NCBI GenBank assembly: GCA_963727625.1
Contig: CAVSHR010000008.1
Span: 160,001-224,000, forward strand
Length of the DNA stretch: 64,000 nt
Direction: 5' to 3'
From: an uncultured delta proteobacterium
GTDB taxonomy: Bacteria; Desulfobacterota; Binatia; UBA9968
Shown one piece after another: positions 1 through 10,118 of this stretch. Below the pieces are notes generated by a model. That model worked only from the letters and a program-made list of their open reading frames with translations, made no database searches and was not told the DNA's origin. The first letter of the stretch is position 1. Each line of letters opens with the position of its first letter. Both the position numbers and the translations under genes were made by a program.

Positions 1-1
1 C

Positions 2-622
2 TTCCTCGTCGGACGTCGTTGGACCAGTTTGGCAGCGTTCAGCATCACTGGCGCAGTACTCGTTGCTGTCTCCCTCGTCATGGTGGGATGGCAAGGTGTT
101 TTCGACTTCGTATCGATTTTGAGATCGATGGGAGATTATTCCTTTATCATCTATCCGCGAAATATGCCCAACCTCAGAGGGTTATTGAATGTCACTTTCG
201 AAGCGCTAAATCTTAAAATGGCGGCAGGTGCAGTAGCGGTTGCAATCTCGCTCGCTCTCTATGGGCTGTGCTTGTACCTTTGGCGACAGGAAGTCGATGC
301 ACAGGATCCCGCATTCGACTTGATGTTTTCGCTGACTCTTGTGACGACGGTTCTTGTTAGCTATCATCTCTATGCCCATGATTTATTCCCTCTCACACTT
401 TCTCTAATCCTGTTTTTTCGTTATGTAAGCTCCGGCTGGGTAAGCCATCGGCTTATATCCAACGCATTTTTCTGTCTTGTGATTATTCTTTTTCTTCCTG
501 TGGCACCGCGTTATCTGATCGAATTCAAGTCGTTGGGGTGGGGAGCTATACCCATGCTGGTCCTATATGCACTACTGAGTCTAGAGATTTTTCGACATAG
601 GCGGATCCAACTTGCAGAATAG
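2..622 (+). CDS. C-terminal part of a polytopic membrane glycosyltransferase (GT87/DUF2029-like), truncated by the window edge
   Basis: Frame is open from base 2 (FLVGRRWTSLAAF...); several hydrophobic helices; SYHLYAHDL resembles the GT87 C-terminal HxxxYD motif. Confidence 0.6.
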   Translation, partial: FLVGRRWTSLAAFSITGAVLVAVSLVMVGWQGVFDFVSILRSMGDYSFIIYPRNMPNLRGLLNVTFEALNLKMAAGAVAVAISLALYGLCLYLWRQEVDAQDPAFDLMFSLTLVTTVLVSYHLYAHDLFPLTLSLILFFRYVSSGWVSHRLISNAFFCLVIILFLPVAPRYLIEFKSLGWGAIPMLVLYALLSLEIFRHRRIQLAE

Positions 623-858
623 AACGTGCAATTGAGCAGTCGCTCTAAATTTCTGCCTATTCAACACCCGCTGAAGGTCCAAACTGCCGTGGAGTGCCGT
701 TTCATCATCGTCTGAACAACTGGTCTCCGTCACCCGCCCAAGGCTCTGAATGTTGCCTGCTGAAGCATTCTGTTTCGGTGCTGCAAATGAGAAGAATAGG
801 GGAGCGTAGTCGGTTTGGAGATAAAAAACTTGCTTTTGCATCGGCTGAAAGCGTAGTT

Positions 859-887
859 TTGACTCTCTCTCCCCTATCCATTACATT
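859..887 (+). promoter_or_regulatory. Putative sigma70 promoter of glyQS
   Basis: TTGACT-N17-TACATT ending about 30 nt before the ATG at 919. Confidence 0.55.
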
Positions 888-918
888 GTTGGAATTCGCG
901 CTTAGATAGGAATTTTTA

Positions 919-2370
919 ATGGTAGATATGGACAAGATCGTGTCGCTGTGCAAGCGGCGCGGGTTTATTTTTCAATCAAGCGAGATTTACGGCGGGACGG
1001 GGTCGTGCTGGGATTACGGTCCGCTCGGCGTGGAGCTCAAAAACAACGTCAAGCGCGCCTGGTGGCGCGACAACGTGCAGAGCCGTCCCGACATGGTCGG
1101 CCTCGACTCTTCGATCCTCATGCATCCCAGGGTCTGGAGAGCGAGCGGCCATCTGGATCACTTCACCGACCCGATGGTCGATTGCCGCGCCTGCAAGCGG
1201 CGCTTTCGCGCGGACAAGCTCGAGGACGAAGTCTGGCTGCACTTTTGCGAGGCGACCAAGGGGAACAAGTTCAACATCCCGGGCGGCGAGGCGTGCAAGC
1301 ACTGTTTCCGAAGGCGCGCCCTTTGCCCGGCCTGCGGCAAGGGCGAGTTGACCGCGCCGCGCCAGTTCAATCTCATGTTCAAGACTTTCATGGGGCCGGT
1401 GGAAGACGAGGCGGCGGTGACTTATCTCCGTCCGGAAACCGCGCAGGGAATTTTCGTCAACTTCGACAACGTGCTCCAATCCATGCGTTTGAAGCTGCCT
1501 TTCGGCATCGCGCAGATCGGCAAAGCGTTTCGCAACGAGATCACGCCCGGCAATTTCACGTTTCGCACCCGCGAGTTCGAGCAGATGGAGATCGAGTTCT
1601 TCGTCATGCCCGGCACCGATGAAGAATGGCACCAGCGCTGGACCGACGAGCGCTTTGCCTGGTATCCCCGCTACGGCATGCGCAAGGAAAACCTCCGTCT
1701 GCGCGAGCATGAAAAGGACGAGCTTGCGCACTATGCCAAGGGAACCGCGGATATCGAGTATCTGTTCCCGATGGGCTGGAGCGAACTCGAAGGCATTGCC
1801 AACCGCACTGACTTCGACCTCAAGCAGCACGCCCATTTCAGCGGCAAGGCGCTGGAATACTTCGACGAGGAGAGCAAGCAAAAAATCGTTCCCTTCGTCA
1901 TCGAGCCGTCGGCCGGAGCCGACCGCGGTGCTCTGGCTTTTCTGGTCGACGCTTACAAAGAAGAACAGGTCAAAGGCGAGAAGCGCGTGCTGCTTAACTT
2001 TCATCCCGAGTTGGCGCCGATCAAGATCGCGGTGCTGCCGCTGCTCAAGAAAAATCCGCGCATCGTCGAGACCGCACACAAGCTCCGCACCGATCTGCTC
2101 AAGCGCTGGCATGCCGTCTACGACGACACGGCTTCGATCGGTCGTCTTTACCGGCGCCAGGACGAGGTCGGCACGCCCTTCTGCGTCACGGTGGATGTGC
2201 AGTCCGTCGGCGACGACAAGTCGGCCGCCGATGGAAAAGTCACGATTCGCGACCGTGACAGCATGGGGCAGGTGCGTGTCGATATGGCGAAGCTTCCGGC
2301 GGTTGCGGAAAAGCTCATGGACGGCGGCTGGGCCGAAGTCTTTCGTGATCACGGCATCGCCAAAGACTAG
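919..2370 (+). CDS. glyQS: Glycine--tRNA ligase, alpha2 (homodimeric) type
   Basis: [75 protein letters not shown]. Confidence 0.97.
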   Translation: MVDMDKIVSLCKRRGFIFQSSEIYGGTGSCWDYGPLGVELKNNVKRAWWRDNVQSRPDMVGLDSSILMHPRVWRASGHLDHFTDPMVDCRACKRRFRADKLEDEVWLHFCEATKGNKFNIPGGEACKHCFRRRALCPACGKGELTAPRQFNLMFKTFMGPVEDEAAVTYLRPETAQGIFVNFDNVLQSMRLKLPFGIAQIGKAFRNEITPGNFTFRTREFEQMEIEFFVMPGTDEEWHQRWTDERFAWYPRYGMRKENLRLREHEKDELAHYAKGTADIEYLFPMGWSELEGIANRTDFDLKQHAHFSGKALEYFDEESKQKIVPFVIEPSAGADRGALAFLVDAYKEEQVKGEKRVLLNFHPELAPIKIAVLPLLKKNPRIVETAHKLRTDLLKRWHAVYDDTASIGRLYRRQDEVGTPFCVTVDVQSVGDDKSAADGKVTIRDRDSMGQVRVDMAKLPAVAEKLMDGGWAEVFRDHGIAKD

Positions 2371-2417
2371 CGCGCCGCGCGACCGTCGGCGCCGGCGCAA
2401 ATCGAAGGGGCACAGCG

Positions 2418-4193
2418 ATTCTCCGTTACTATCATCGCGTCAAGTTTTTGATCGACCGTTACCGCCGGTTGTTGATTCTCGGTCTGATCTCGCTGGTGGC
2501 CACGGACCTCGCCGGCATCACCCTGCCGTGGCTCATCAAAGACGGTGTCGACGCGGCGTTGCGCGCGTCGGAGGCCGATAGCTCGCTGATTCGCTATCCG
2601 CTCATGATTCTTGGCGCCGCGGCGCTGCAAGGATTTTTCCGCTATTGCTGGCGTATCAATATTCACGGTTTCTCGCGCCGCTGCGAAGCCGATCTGCGCG
2701 AGCGGGTCTTCAGCCATCTGCAAAAGCTGCCCCTCAGCTACTTCCAGTACACCAAGACCGGCGATCTGATGTCGCGTTTGACCAACGACATCCACGCCGT
2801 GCGCGAGCTCATGGGGTTCGGCTCCCTGGCGATCGTCGACGCCGTCGTGGTGATTATTTTTAGCCTGATGCTGATGATTACCATCGATCCCTGGCTCACT
2901 CTGTGGTCGATGATGGCGATGCCGGTGATTCCGATCGTCGTGCGTTTCTTCGGCCGGCAAATTTTTCGCTGGTCGCGCGCCACCCAAGAGCAGCTGAGCG
3001 TCATGAGCGAGTGCGTGCTGGAAAATTTTTCCGGCATCCGCGTCGTTCAGGCCTACGCCCAAGAACAAAATCAGATTCGCGGCTTCGACGCGATCAGCGC
3101 GGAGTACCGGCGCAAAACCATGTGGCTGGCGACGCTCTGGGGAGTTTTCTGGCCGCTCATGCAGGTGATGGCCGGGCTGGCGGCCACGGTCGTGCTCTGG
3201 CTCGGCGGGCGCCAGGTTTTGCAAGGCACCATGACCCTGGGTGAGTTCGTCGCCTTCAACGGTTACCTCGCCATGCTCACCTGGCCGCTGATGGCGATCG
3301 GTTATACCGCCAACCAATATCAACGCGGCACCGCGGCGCTCACACGGCTCGCCGAGGTGCTGGATGCGCCGATCTCGCCGAGATATGAATCTTTGCCGGC
3401 GTCGAACGGCGATGAGCCAGTGCAGGGTGCGATAGAATTTCGCAACCTTACCTTTGCCTACAATTCGAACCAGACGCCGATCCTCAAGAATCTAACCCTC
3501 AAAATCCCCGTGGGGAAAATCTGCGGCATCATCGGCGAGACCGGCGTGGGGAAGAGCACGCTGGTGAATCTCTTGCTGCGGCTCTACGAGCCGCCGGATC
3601 GGACGGTTTTCGTTGACGGCGCCGATATCAAACAGACCGACCGCCATCGGTTGGAGAACGCCATCGGCTATGTCTCCCAGGATATTTTTCTTTTTTCCGG
3701 ATCGGTGCGGGAAAACATTCTGCTCGGCGCTGAAAACGGCGGGCCGCATCGAGTCGAAGCGGCGGCGCGGATTGCCCAGCTCTTGCCGACCATCGAGTCT
3801 TTCGGCGCGGGCTTCGACACCGTCATCGGCGAGCGCGGCGTGCGTTTGTCCGGCGGACAAAAACAGCGCACGGCTCTGGCGCGCGCGATCATCAAGGAGC
3901 CGCCGATCCTGATCCTCGACGACGCGTTTTCGAGCGTCGACGTCGAGACCGAGGAGGAAATACTTCGCGCGCTCCAGCAGTTCATGCGCGGCCGCACGAC
4001 GCTGCTGATTTCGCACCGGATCTCGACGGTGCGCGCCGCCGACATGATCGTTTACCTGCGCAACGGCGCAATCATCGAGCAGGGCACCCATGACGAGCTG
4101 CTCGCCCGGGGCGGCGCCTACCGCGAGCTCTACCGCCGGCAAAGTTTGGCGCGCCAAGTCGAGACTTTGGCAGGGAGCGAGGAGCGGCGGTGA
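2418..4193 (+). CDS. ABC exporter, fused permease/ATPase (YheI/MdlA-like half of a heterodimer); start may be ATT 2418 or TTG 2448
   Basis: TM domain, TGDLMSR, Walker A GETGVGKS, LSGGQKQR, degenerate Walker B ILDDA. Confidence 0.9.
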   Translation: MLRYYHRVKFLIDRYRRLLILGLISLVATDLAGITLPWLIKDGVDAALRASEADSSLIRYPLMILGAAALQGFFRYCWRINIHGFSRRCEADLRERVFSHLQKLPLSYFQYTKTGDLMSRLTNDIHAVRELMGFGSLAIVDAVVVIIFSLMLMITIDPWLTLWSMMAMPVIPIVVRFFGRQIFRWSRATQEQLSVMSECVLENFSGIRVVQAYAQEQNQIRGFDAISAEYRRKTMWLATLWGVFWPLMQVMAGLAATVVLWLGGRQVLQGTMTLGEFVAFNGYLAMLTWPLMAIGYTANQYQRGTAALTRLAEVLDAPISPRYESLPASNGDEPVQGAIEFRNLTFAYNSNQTPILKNLTLKIPVGKICGIIGETGVGKSTLVNLLLRLYEPPDRTVFVDGADIKQTDRHRLENAIGYVSQDIFLFSGSVRENILLGAENGGPHRVEAAARIAQLLPTIESFGAGFDTVIGERGVRLSGGQKQRTALARAIIKEPPILILDDAFSSVDVETEEEILRALQQFMRGRTTLLISHRISTVRAADMIVYLRNGAIIEQGTHDELLARGGAYRELYRRQSLARQVETLAGSEERR

Positions 4194-6013
4194 TCAGCGA
4201 CCCACAACAGGAAGACGAGATCCTCGGCAAAGCCTACGACGCCCGCTTGATGGCGCGAATGCTGCGCTATCTGCGGCCCTACTGGAAACTGCTGGCGGTG
4301 TCGCTCACTTTTTTGATGCTGCAGACCGGCACTCAGCTGCTCGGCCCCTACATCACCAAGATCGCCATCGACCGTTACATCGCGCAGCAAGATCTGCGCG
4401 GCCTCGATCTCGTGGCTCTGGCCTATCTGGGCGTGGTCGTGCTCGGCTTCGTCGTGCTGTTCGTGCAAACCTACACCACGCAATATACCGGGCAGCGCGC
4501 CATGCATGACCTGCGCATGGATATTTTTTCCCACTTGCAGAAACAGGACCTGGCTTACTTCGATCGCAACCCGGTGGGCCGCTTAATGACGCGGACGATC
4601 AACGACGTGGAGACGCTCAACGAGCTTTTCAGCACCGGCGTGGTCGGTCTGTTGGGCGATGTATCGATGGTCTTCGGCATCGCCGCGATGATGCTTTGGC
4701 TCGACTGGCAATTGGCGCTGGTTTGTCTGGCGGCCTTTCCGGTGATTCTCTACATCAGCCGGTTTTACCGCCGGCGCGCCCGCGAAGTTTACCGCGAGAG
4801 CCGTTTGGTTCTCGGCCGCCTCAACGCGGACTTGCAGGAAAACATCGCCGGCGTAGCGACGATTCAGGCCTTCGGCCAGGAAGCGAAAATGTACCGGCGT
4901 TTTCAGGATGTCAACTTTCGCTACCGCGACGTGCTGCTGCGCAGCATCCGTTACAACGCGCTGTTTTTTCCGGTGATCGAATTGTTCAGCGCGCTGAGCG
5001 TCGGCCTGCTGCTGTGGTACGGCGGGCACCAGATTCTCGCCAATGCGGTTCAGGCCGGCGTGTTGGTCGCGTTCATTCAGTACATCCAGCGCATGTACCA
5101 GCCGATCCGCGATCTGGCTGAAAAATATAACATCATGCAGGCCGCCATGGCGTCATCGGAGCGGATTTTCGCTTTACTCGACACTCCCGAAACCGTGAAG
5201 AACCCGGTGCATGGAAAAAAACTCGAGGGCTTCGCCGGCGCCGTCGAATTCAAGGATGTCTGGCTTTCTTACCGGGCAGGGGAGCCGGTGCTCAAAGGCA
5301 TTTCGTTTCGCGTTTCCACCGGCGAAAAGGTCGCATTAGTCGGTGCCACCGGCGGCGGGAAAACTTCGATCATCTCGGCGCTCTGCCGCTTTTACGACGT
5401 CGAGCGCGGCGCGGTCTTGGTCGACGGCATCGACGTGCGCGAGTGGAACAAGCAGGAGCTGCGCCGCCACTTGGGGTTGGTGTTGCAGGATGTTTTTCTC
5501 TTCTCCGGCGACATCGCCAACAACATCTCGCTCGGCGATCCGCGCATCGGCGAGCAACAAATACTAGACGCGGCACGGCGCGCCCATATCGCGCCGTTTA
5601 TCGATAAGCTGCCGAAGGGTTATCGAGAAGCGGTGCAGGAACGCGGTTCGACGCTGTCCCAGGGGCAGCGCCAATTGTTGTCCTTCGCGCGCGCACTGGC
5701 CTTCGATCCAAAAATTCTGATTCTCGACGAGGCGACCAGCTCCGTCGACACCGAAACCGAAATGCTGATTCAAGAGGCGCTCGACGAGCTGCTCAAAAAC
5801 CGCACCGCGCTGATCATCGCCCATCGACTGTCGACGATCAAAAACGCCGACCGGATTTTAGTGATTCACAAAGGCGAGATTCGCGAACAAGGGAACCACG
5901 ACGAACTTTTGGCCAAAGGCGGGCTCTACGCCAAGCTACACGACTTACAGTTCCGCATGCCGGAGCGCGCTACCCCGGGCACGGATCCATCGGTGTTGAC
6001 GTCCGAAGTGTAA
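4190..6013 (+). CDS. ABC exporter, fused permease/ATPase (YheH/MdlB-like partner subunit)
   Basis: GTGA overlap with the upstream gene; GATGGGKT, LSQGQRQL, ILDEATSSVD, IAHRLST. Confidence 0.92.
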   Translation: MISDPQQEDEILGKAYDARLMARMLRYLRPYWKLLAVSLTFLMLQTGTQLLGPYITKIAIDRYIAQQDLRGLDLVALAYLGVVVLGFVVLFVQTYTTQYTGQRAMHDLRMDIFSHLQKQDLAYFDRNPVGRLMTRTINDVETLNELFSTGVVGLLGDVSMVFGIAAMMLWLDWQLALVCLAAFPVILYISRFYRRRAREVYRESRLVLGRLNADLQENIAGVATIQAFGQEAKMYRRFQDVNFRYRDVLLRSIRYNALFFPVIELFSALSVGLLLWYGGHQILANAVQAGVLVAFIQYIQRMYQPIRDLAEKYNIMQAAMASSERIFALLDTPETVKNPVHGKKLEGFAGAVEFKDVWLSYRAGEPVLKGISFRVSTGEKVALVGATGGGKTSIISALCRFYDVERGAVLVDGIDVREWNKQELRRHLGLVLQDVFLFSGDIANNISLGDPRIGEQQILDAARRAHIAPFIDKLPKGYREAVQERGSTLSQGQRQLLSFARALAFDPKILILDEATSSVDTETEMLIQEALDELLKNRTALIIAHRLSTIKNADRILVIHKGEIREQGNHDELLAKGGLYAKLHDLQFRMPERATPGTDPSVLTSEV

Positions 6014-6037
6014 GGGCCACCGGCCGTCGCCCCTACA
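6009..6037. repeat. Imperfect palindrome resembling GTAG-type REP elements, between convergent genes
   Basis: TGTAAGGGCCACCGGCCGTCGCCCCTACA is a near-palindrome ending in CCCCTAC. Confidence 0.5.
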
Positions 6038-6041
6038 CGAT

Positions 6042-7259
6042 CTAGATGATTTCTAATTGCCCACCGGAGCGGAGCCCGGGAAAAATCCTCCCCAACTCCC
6101 GCTGCCCCATGTGGCGCGCGAGCAACTCGCTGCAGACCGAGCGATAGTCGGTGGTCAAGGCGAGATCGCGTCCTTCATAGAGCACTTCCGGCGCGAGGCC
6201 CGGCCAGCGGCCGTAGACTTTGCCGCCGCGCACCTTGCCGCCGATCACAAACATCACGTTGGCGTGGCCATGATCCGTGCCGCGGTTGCCGTTCTCCCGC
6301 GCGGTGCGGCCGAACTCGGACATGGTTACAAGGATGACATCCTCGATCCGGTCGCCCAGGTCTTGATAGAAGGCAGCGAGGCCGGCGCCGAGTTCTCTCA
6401 GCCGGTTGGCCAATTGTCCGGTGGCGCCGCCTTCAGCGACGTGGGTGTCCCAACCTTCGATCTCGGTGAACGCGATCTCCAGCCCGACATCGGCTTTGAT
6501 CAGACGGGCGATTTGCTTTAACCCGATGCCGAATCTTCCCTTCGGGTAGGTTGCGGTGCTCGGCGGTATTCTGTCTTCGATCGCGCGCAAGCGCGTCATG
6601 GCCTCGAACAAGCTGTTGCCGCCCTGACGAAACAGCGGGTCGGCCGAAGCGGCGTAGAGTTTCTGTAGGACCGGCGCCATTGCTGGGTTGTGCAGGCGAA
6701 ATTGTTCGATCGACGAAATCGACAGGGTGGGCGCACTGCCGGCCATCATGCGCGGTGTTGGCGCTCCGACTGCGACGCCGCGAAAAGGCGAGTCGGCGGC
6801 GGGTTTTTCATTGAGATAACGATTGAGCCAGCCGTCAGGCGTGCTTTTGACTCCCGGCGTGCCGAGCTCCATGTAGTCCTGGGCGTCGAAGTGAGAGCGG
6901 GTATTGTCCGGCGAGCCGGCGGCGTGAACGATCGCTAGCTGGCCCTTGTCGTAAATCGTTTTAAGCGGCGCAAGGGCAGGATGTAGGGCGAAATAGCCGT
7001 CGAGATCGACTGCTCGCTCTTCGCCCGCGCCAGGCTCAGCGACAGCGATACTCGGCCGCAGCGCGTAATAGGCGCGGTCTTTGAAAGGCACGACGACATT
7101 GAGCCCGTCCATGCCGCCGCGCTGGAAGACCACAACCAGTACTTTGCCGCGGCCGCTTTGCTGCGCGGCGGCTGCACGCACCAAGAAACCCGGCGGCAGG
7201 CCGAGCGCGACAAAACCAAGCGCGGTGGATTTGAGAAACGTTCGGCGCGAGGCGTCCAT
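6042..7259 (-). CDS. DUF1501 family protein with Tat signal peptide
   Basis: SRRTFLK twin-arginine motif; LVVVFQRGGMDGLN, RSHFDAQ, GWDTH, SEFGRT..ENG..GTDHG. Confidence 0.9.
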   Translation of the reverse strand: MDASRRTFLKSTALGFVALGLPPGFLVRAAAAQQSGRGKVLVVVFQRGGMDGLNVVVPFKDRAYYALRPSIAVAEPGAGEERAVDLDGYFALHPALAPLKTIYDKGQLAIVHAAGSPDNTRSHFDAQDYMELGTPGVKSTPDGWLNRYLNEKPAADSPFRGVAVGAPTPRMMAGSAPTLSISSIEQFRLHNPAMAPVLQKLYAASADPLFRQGGNSLFEAMTRLRAIEDRIPPSTATYPKGRFGIGLKQIARLIKADVGLEIAFTEIEGWDTHVAEGGATGQLANRLRELGAGLAAFYQDLGDRIEDVILVTMSEFGRTARENGNRGTDHGHANVMFVIGGKVRGGKVYGRWPGLAPEVLYEGRDLALTTDYRSVCSELLARHMGQRELGRIFPGLRSGGQLEII

Positions 7260-7265
7260 GCTGCT

Positions 7266-8678
7266 TTACCTCCGTTGAAACTCCGGCGCGGCCAAGAGCA
7301 ACGCCAGGGTGTCTATGCCGTGGGTTTTGGCCAGCGCTGCGCGCGTCGAGGGCGACAGGGAGTCAGGCGCGACCAAACGGATAAACGGCTGGCTCTGGCG
7401 CAAACTGTCAAGCTCGACACGCGCGCCGTTAATGCGATTGTTGACTAAATCGTGAGCGAAATTGATGCGCGTGAGCAACATCTCCGGGCTGATCCAAGCC
7501 GCGCCGGCATCCGGATAGCCGGTGGGTGGTTGCGCCAAGAATAGCGGTTCGCCCATGCGGCCGAGATAGCGCAGCAGCTGCGGCGTGATTTTGGTTTCGG
7601 CGTTTGTCAGTCGCAAGGCGCTGGCCGTGAACTCCACGGGTTTTTTCACTTTGGCTTGATAAGCGTCAGGTGAAAAAAAATCCGCCGAGTCGATGATGCT
7701 TCGAACCAGCGTTCGAATATCGCCGTCGCTCTGGTGAAACACGGCGGCGGCGCGATCGACCAAAGCCGCCGGCGGATCGTCGGCGACGAAGCGGCGCACC
7801 AGTTTGGTGGCGATAAATTTAGCGGTTGATGGATGGCGCGCCAAAAGATCGATGACTTTGATGCCGTCTTCGATGCCGCCGCCGGCCGCAATGCGCACGC
7901 CCAAAACCGTCTTGGCGCCGGGGTCATGCAGCCGCGGTTCGAAATGAAATGCCGCGTCGCCGCGCGGCCGGCGCAGGGTCCAACCGGTGAAGCAGCGCGC
8001 CACCTCGCGCACGTCTTCCTGGGTGTAGCCGCCATCGACTCCCAATGTATGCAGCTCCATGATCTCGCGCGCATAGTTTTCGTTGATGCCGCGCCGGCGC
8101 CGGTTCATCGGATTGCGCGCGGCGACGCTGTTAGGGCTCGCGCTGAGCCAGTTGTCAAGAAAGAAAAGCATGGCCGGGCTTTGCGCGGTGGCAAACAGGA
8201 GATCGCGAAACTTGCCCAGGGCATGGGGCCGGATGGTATCGCGGTCGTACGCGGTCATCAGCCAGCGGTCGGCGCCCTTGGCGGCGAAAACATTGAAATG
8301 ATTGCTCCAGAAATCGACCATCAGCTCATAGAGTTGGCGCTGGCTGTGCACGGCGCGCAGCAGCCGCGCCTGTTGCAGCTCGTAGATGATGAAGCGCGGC
8401 GCGTTCATGCCCCCAGCCATCGCCATGCCCCGTTGTTGAGCGACCTTTGGCGGCGGGTAAAGCTCGTACAGCTCGCGGCTGTTCATGCGCATGGTCTTGA
8501 GCGTCGCGACTCGCGCTTCAACGGCGCTGTCGGAGACGCTTTCAGCGGCGATCTGCTCGTCGAGAAAAGCACCGAAGCCGAGCCGGTTCACCTGTTGAAC
8601 CGTTTCGGGCGTCGGCCCGAAGCTGGTGCGGTTGAGAAAATGGATCACTCTTTGCTCGTGGCTGAGCGGCGCGCTCAT
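7266..8678 (-). CDS. DUF1800 family protein
   Basis: HFLNRTSFGP, QLYELMVDFWSNHF, SPAMLFFLDN, NENYAREIMELHTLGV, YTQEDV, APEFQRR; usual partner of DUF1501. Confidence 0.9.
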   Translation of the reverse strand: MSAPLSHEQRVIHFLNRTSFGPTPETVQQVNRLGFGAFLDEQIAAESVSDSAVEARVATLKTMRMNSRELYELYPPPKVAQQRGMAMAGGMNAPRFIIYELQQARLLRAVHSQRQLYELMVDFWSNHFNVFAAKGADRWLMTAYDRDTIRPHALGKFRDLLFATAQSPAMLFFLDNWLSASPNSVAARNPMNRRRRGINENYAREIMELHTLGVDGGYTQEDVREVARCFTGWTLRRPRGDAAFHFEPRLHDPGAKTVLGVRIAAGGGIEDGIKVIDLLARHPSTAKFIATKLVRRFVADDPPAALVDRAAAVFHQSDGDIRTLVRSIIDSADFFSPDAYQAKVKKPVEFTASALRLTNAETKITPQLLRYLGRMGEPLFLAQPPTGYPDAGAAWISPEMLLTRINFAHDLVNNRINGARVELDSLRQSQPFIRLVAPDSLSPSTRAALAKTHGIDTLALLLAAPEFQRR

Positions 8679-8680
8679 GG

Positions 8681-9331
8681 CTAATCCTTTTCCCGTCTTT
8701 GAAATTTTTCGCGCAAGCGTTCGCGCAGATTGTTTCGCTCTTGATCCTTGCCGCGCTCTCTCAAATCGCGCAGTTTCTCTCGGGCTTCCCGTTTTTCTGC
8801 CGGCGATAACCGGTCGAAACGCGCGCGCGCTTTTTCGCGCAACTCATCGCGCTCGCGGCCGGAAAAGCGCTCGCGCCGTTCCTGTAATTTGTCCCTCAGC
8901 TCCCGGCGGCGCTCCGGCGGTAAATTGCGCAGGGTTTGCATGCGCCGTCTGAGTTCTTCGCGGCGCTTGGCCGGCAGCTGGCGCCAGCGCTGCCAGCGTT
9001 CCTGCAAGCGCCGCCGTTCGGCGGGCGTAAATTTTTGCCAGCGCTCGAAGTTGCGCCGGGCGATGGATTGATCTTCCGGCGAAAGCCGGCGCCAGGTTTC
9101 AAATTTCTTCTGCAGCTCGTCCTTTTCGGCCCGCGGCATATTTTGCCAGCGGCGATAACGCTCGCGCACTTCCTGTTTTTCTTCCGGTGTCATGCGCTGC
9201 CATCGTTCCAGTGCATCCCTATCGGCTTGGGCCAACAGCGCGCGCGGCGGCAGAGGCTGAGCCCAGACCGCGACGGGGACAAGCAGAGTCAATAGCCAAA
9301 CAAAGCTCAGATTTCTCAATAGCGGCTTCAT
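8681..9331 (-). CDS. Secreted DUF3106-like Arg/Trp-repeat helical protein
   Basis: Signal peptide; repeats such as RWQRMTPEEK, RWQNMPRAEK, WRRLSPEDQ, WRQLPAKRR. Confidence 0.8.
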   Translation of the reverse strand: MKPLLRNLSFVWLLTLLVPVAVWAQPLPPRALLAQADRDALERWQRMTPEEKQEVRERYRRWQNMPRAEKDELQKKFETWRRLSPEDQSIARRNFERWQKFTPAERRRLQERWQRWRQLPAKRREELRRRMQTLRNLPPERRRELRDKLQERRERFSGRERDELREKARARFDRLSPAEKREAREKLRDLRERGKDQERNNLRERLREKFQRREKD

Positions 9332-9594
9332 TTAACCGTCTCCTTCTTTTTCCCAGGCGCGCCGGGCGGCGGCACGCCGCTCTTGACCAGCTCGTCGGTA
9401 CTCTCGAGATTTTGCATATCCTGAAGCATTTCCATTTGTTTGATCATTTCCATTTCTCGGAGGAATTCCATCATTTTAAGCATCTCACGATCGGGCGGGT
9501 CATCCTTGGCCCCGGCCGACGCGGCCGTTGGAGCCGTCAAGACCAGACATAGAATCAATCGGCTAAGCGAATTCATGTCCCGTGCGCGGCTCAC
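9328..9594 (-). CDS. Small secreted Met/Glu-rich protein
   Basis: Overlaps both neighbours by 4 nt; signal peptide (LILCLVLTAPTAASA); EMLKMMEFLREMEMIKQMEMLQDM helix. Confidence 0.7.
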   Translation of the reverse strand: MSRARDMNSLSRLILCLVLTAPTAASAGAKDDPPDREMLKMMEFLREMEMIKQMEMLQDMQNLESTDELVKSGVPPPGAPGKKKETVK

Positions 9595-10109
9595 GCGGCA
9601 TTGCCCTGGCTGCCCATGAATTCCAGCAGATCAAGATTATCGAGCACGTCCATGGCCTTGAAAAATTCCAAGTTTTCCGCCACCGGTAGCACTTCCATCA
9701 TCTCGGCATCATCCTGGGCCAGCTCGTTGGTCGACCAGATGCCTCTGCCCAGAGTAAAAGTCATGGCAAGCGCGACGATCGCGGCCGCGGCGAAGACCGG
9801 CACCAGGCGCGGCTGATAAAAAGCCGCGAGAGCTTGGCGCCAACTTTTCTGTTCCGCCGTGCCGTCCAGTTTGTCGCGCAGCTCGCGATTGTAATCAGTC
9901 CAAAACGAAGGCGGCGGCTGGTCGGTTTTAACCGTCAGCGGCAGCAGCGAGCCGAGCTCTTGCAAGTAGCCGGCGCAACCGGCGCAGTTTTGTAAATGCG
10001 CTTGCAGCGTCGCGCCCTCGGTTCGGTCAAGCTCGCCATAATGGTAAAGCACGAGATTCTCTTCCAGTGCTGCGCATGGGGCGGAAAGGATTTTGTTTGG
10101 TTCTGCCAT
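9591..10109 (-). CDS. Anti-sigma factor, zf-HC2 (ZAS) type, single TM
   Basis: HLQNCAGC (HxxxCxxC); TM PVFAAAAIVALAMTF; directly downstream of the ECF sigma gene. Confidence 0.88.
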   Translation of the reverse strand: MAEPNKILSAPCAALEENLVLYHYGELDRTEGATLQAHLQNCAGCAGYLQELGSLLPLTVKTDQPPPSFWTDYNRELRDKLDGTAEQKSWRQALAAFYQPRLVPVFAAAAIVALAMTFTLGRGIWSTNELAQDDAEMMEVLPVAENLEFFKAMDVLDNLDLLEFMGSQGNAA

Positions 10110-10118
10110 CCGGGCCTC

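Noticed and set aside
640-918. T-box or riboswitch upstream of glyQS (ATAGGGGAG/CTCCCCTAT pairing)
   Set aside because: No T-box consensus or terminator; the predicted promoter lies within and downstream of the pairing
976-2400. 474-aa antisense ORF over glyQS, and similar long antisense ORFs (2367-3323, 18441-19388, 38811-39782, 46092-47303)
   Set aside because: Shadow frames of GC-rich coding sequence with no family motifs
8681-9331. Repetitive Arg/Trp-rich sequence as a DNA repeat array
   Set aside because: Repeats exist only at protein level (DUF3106-like)
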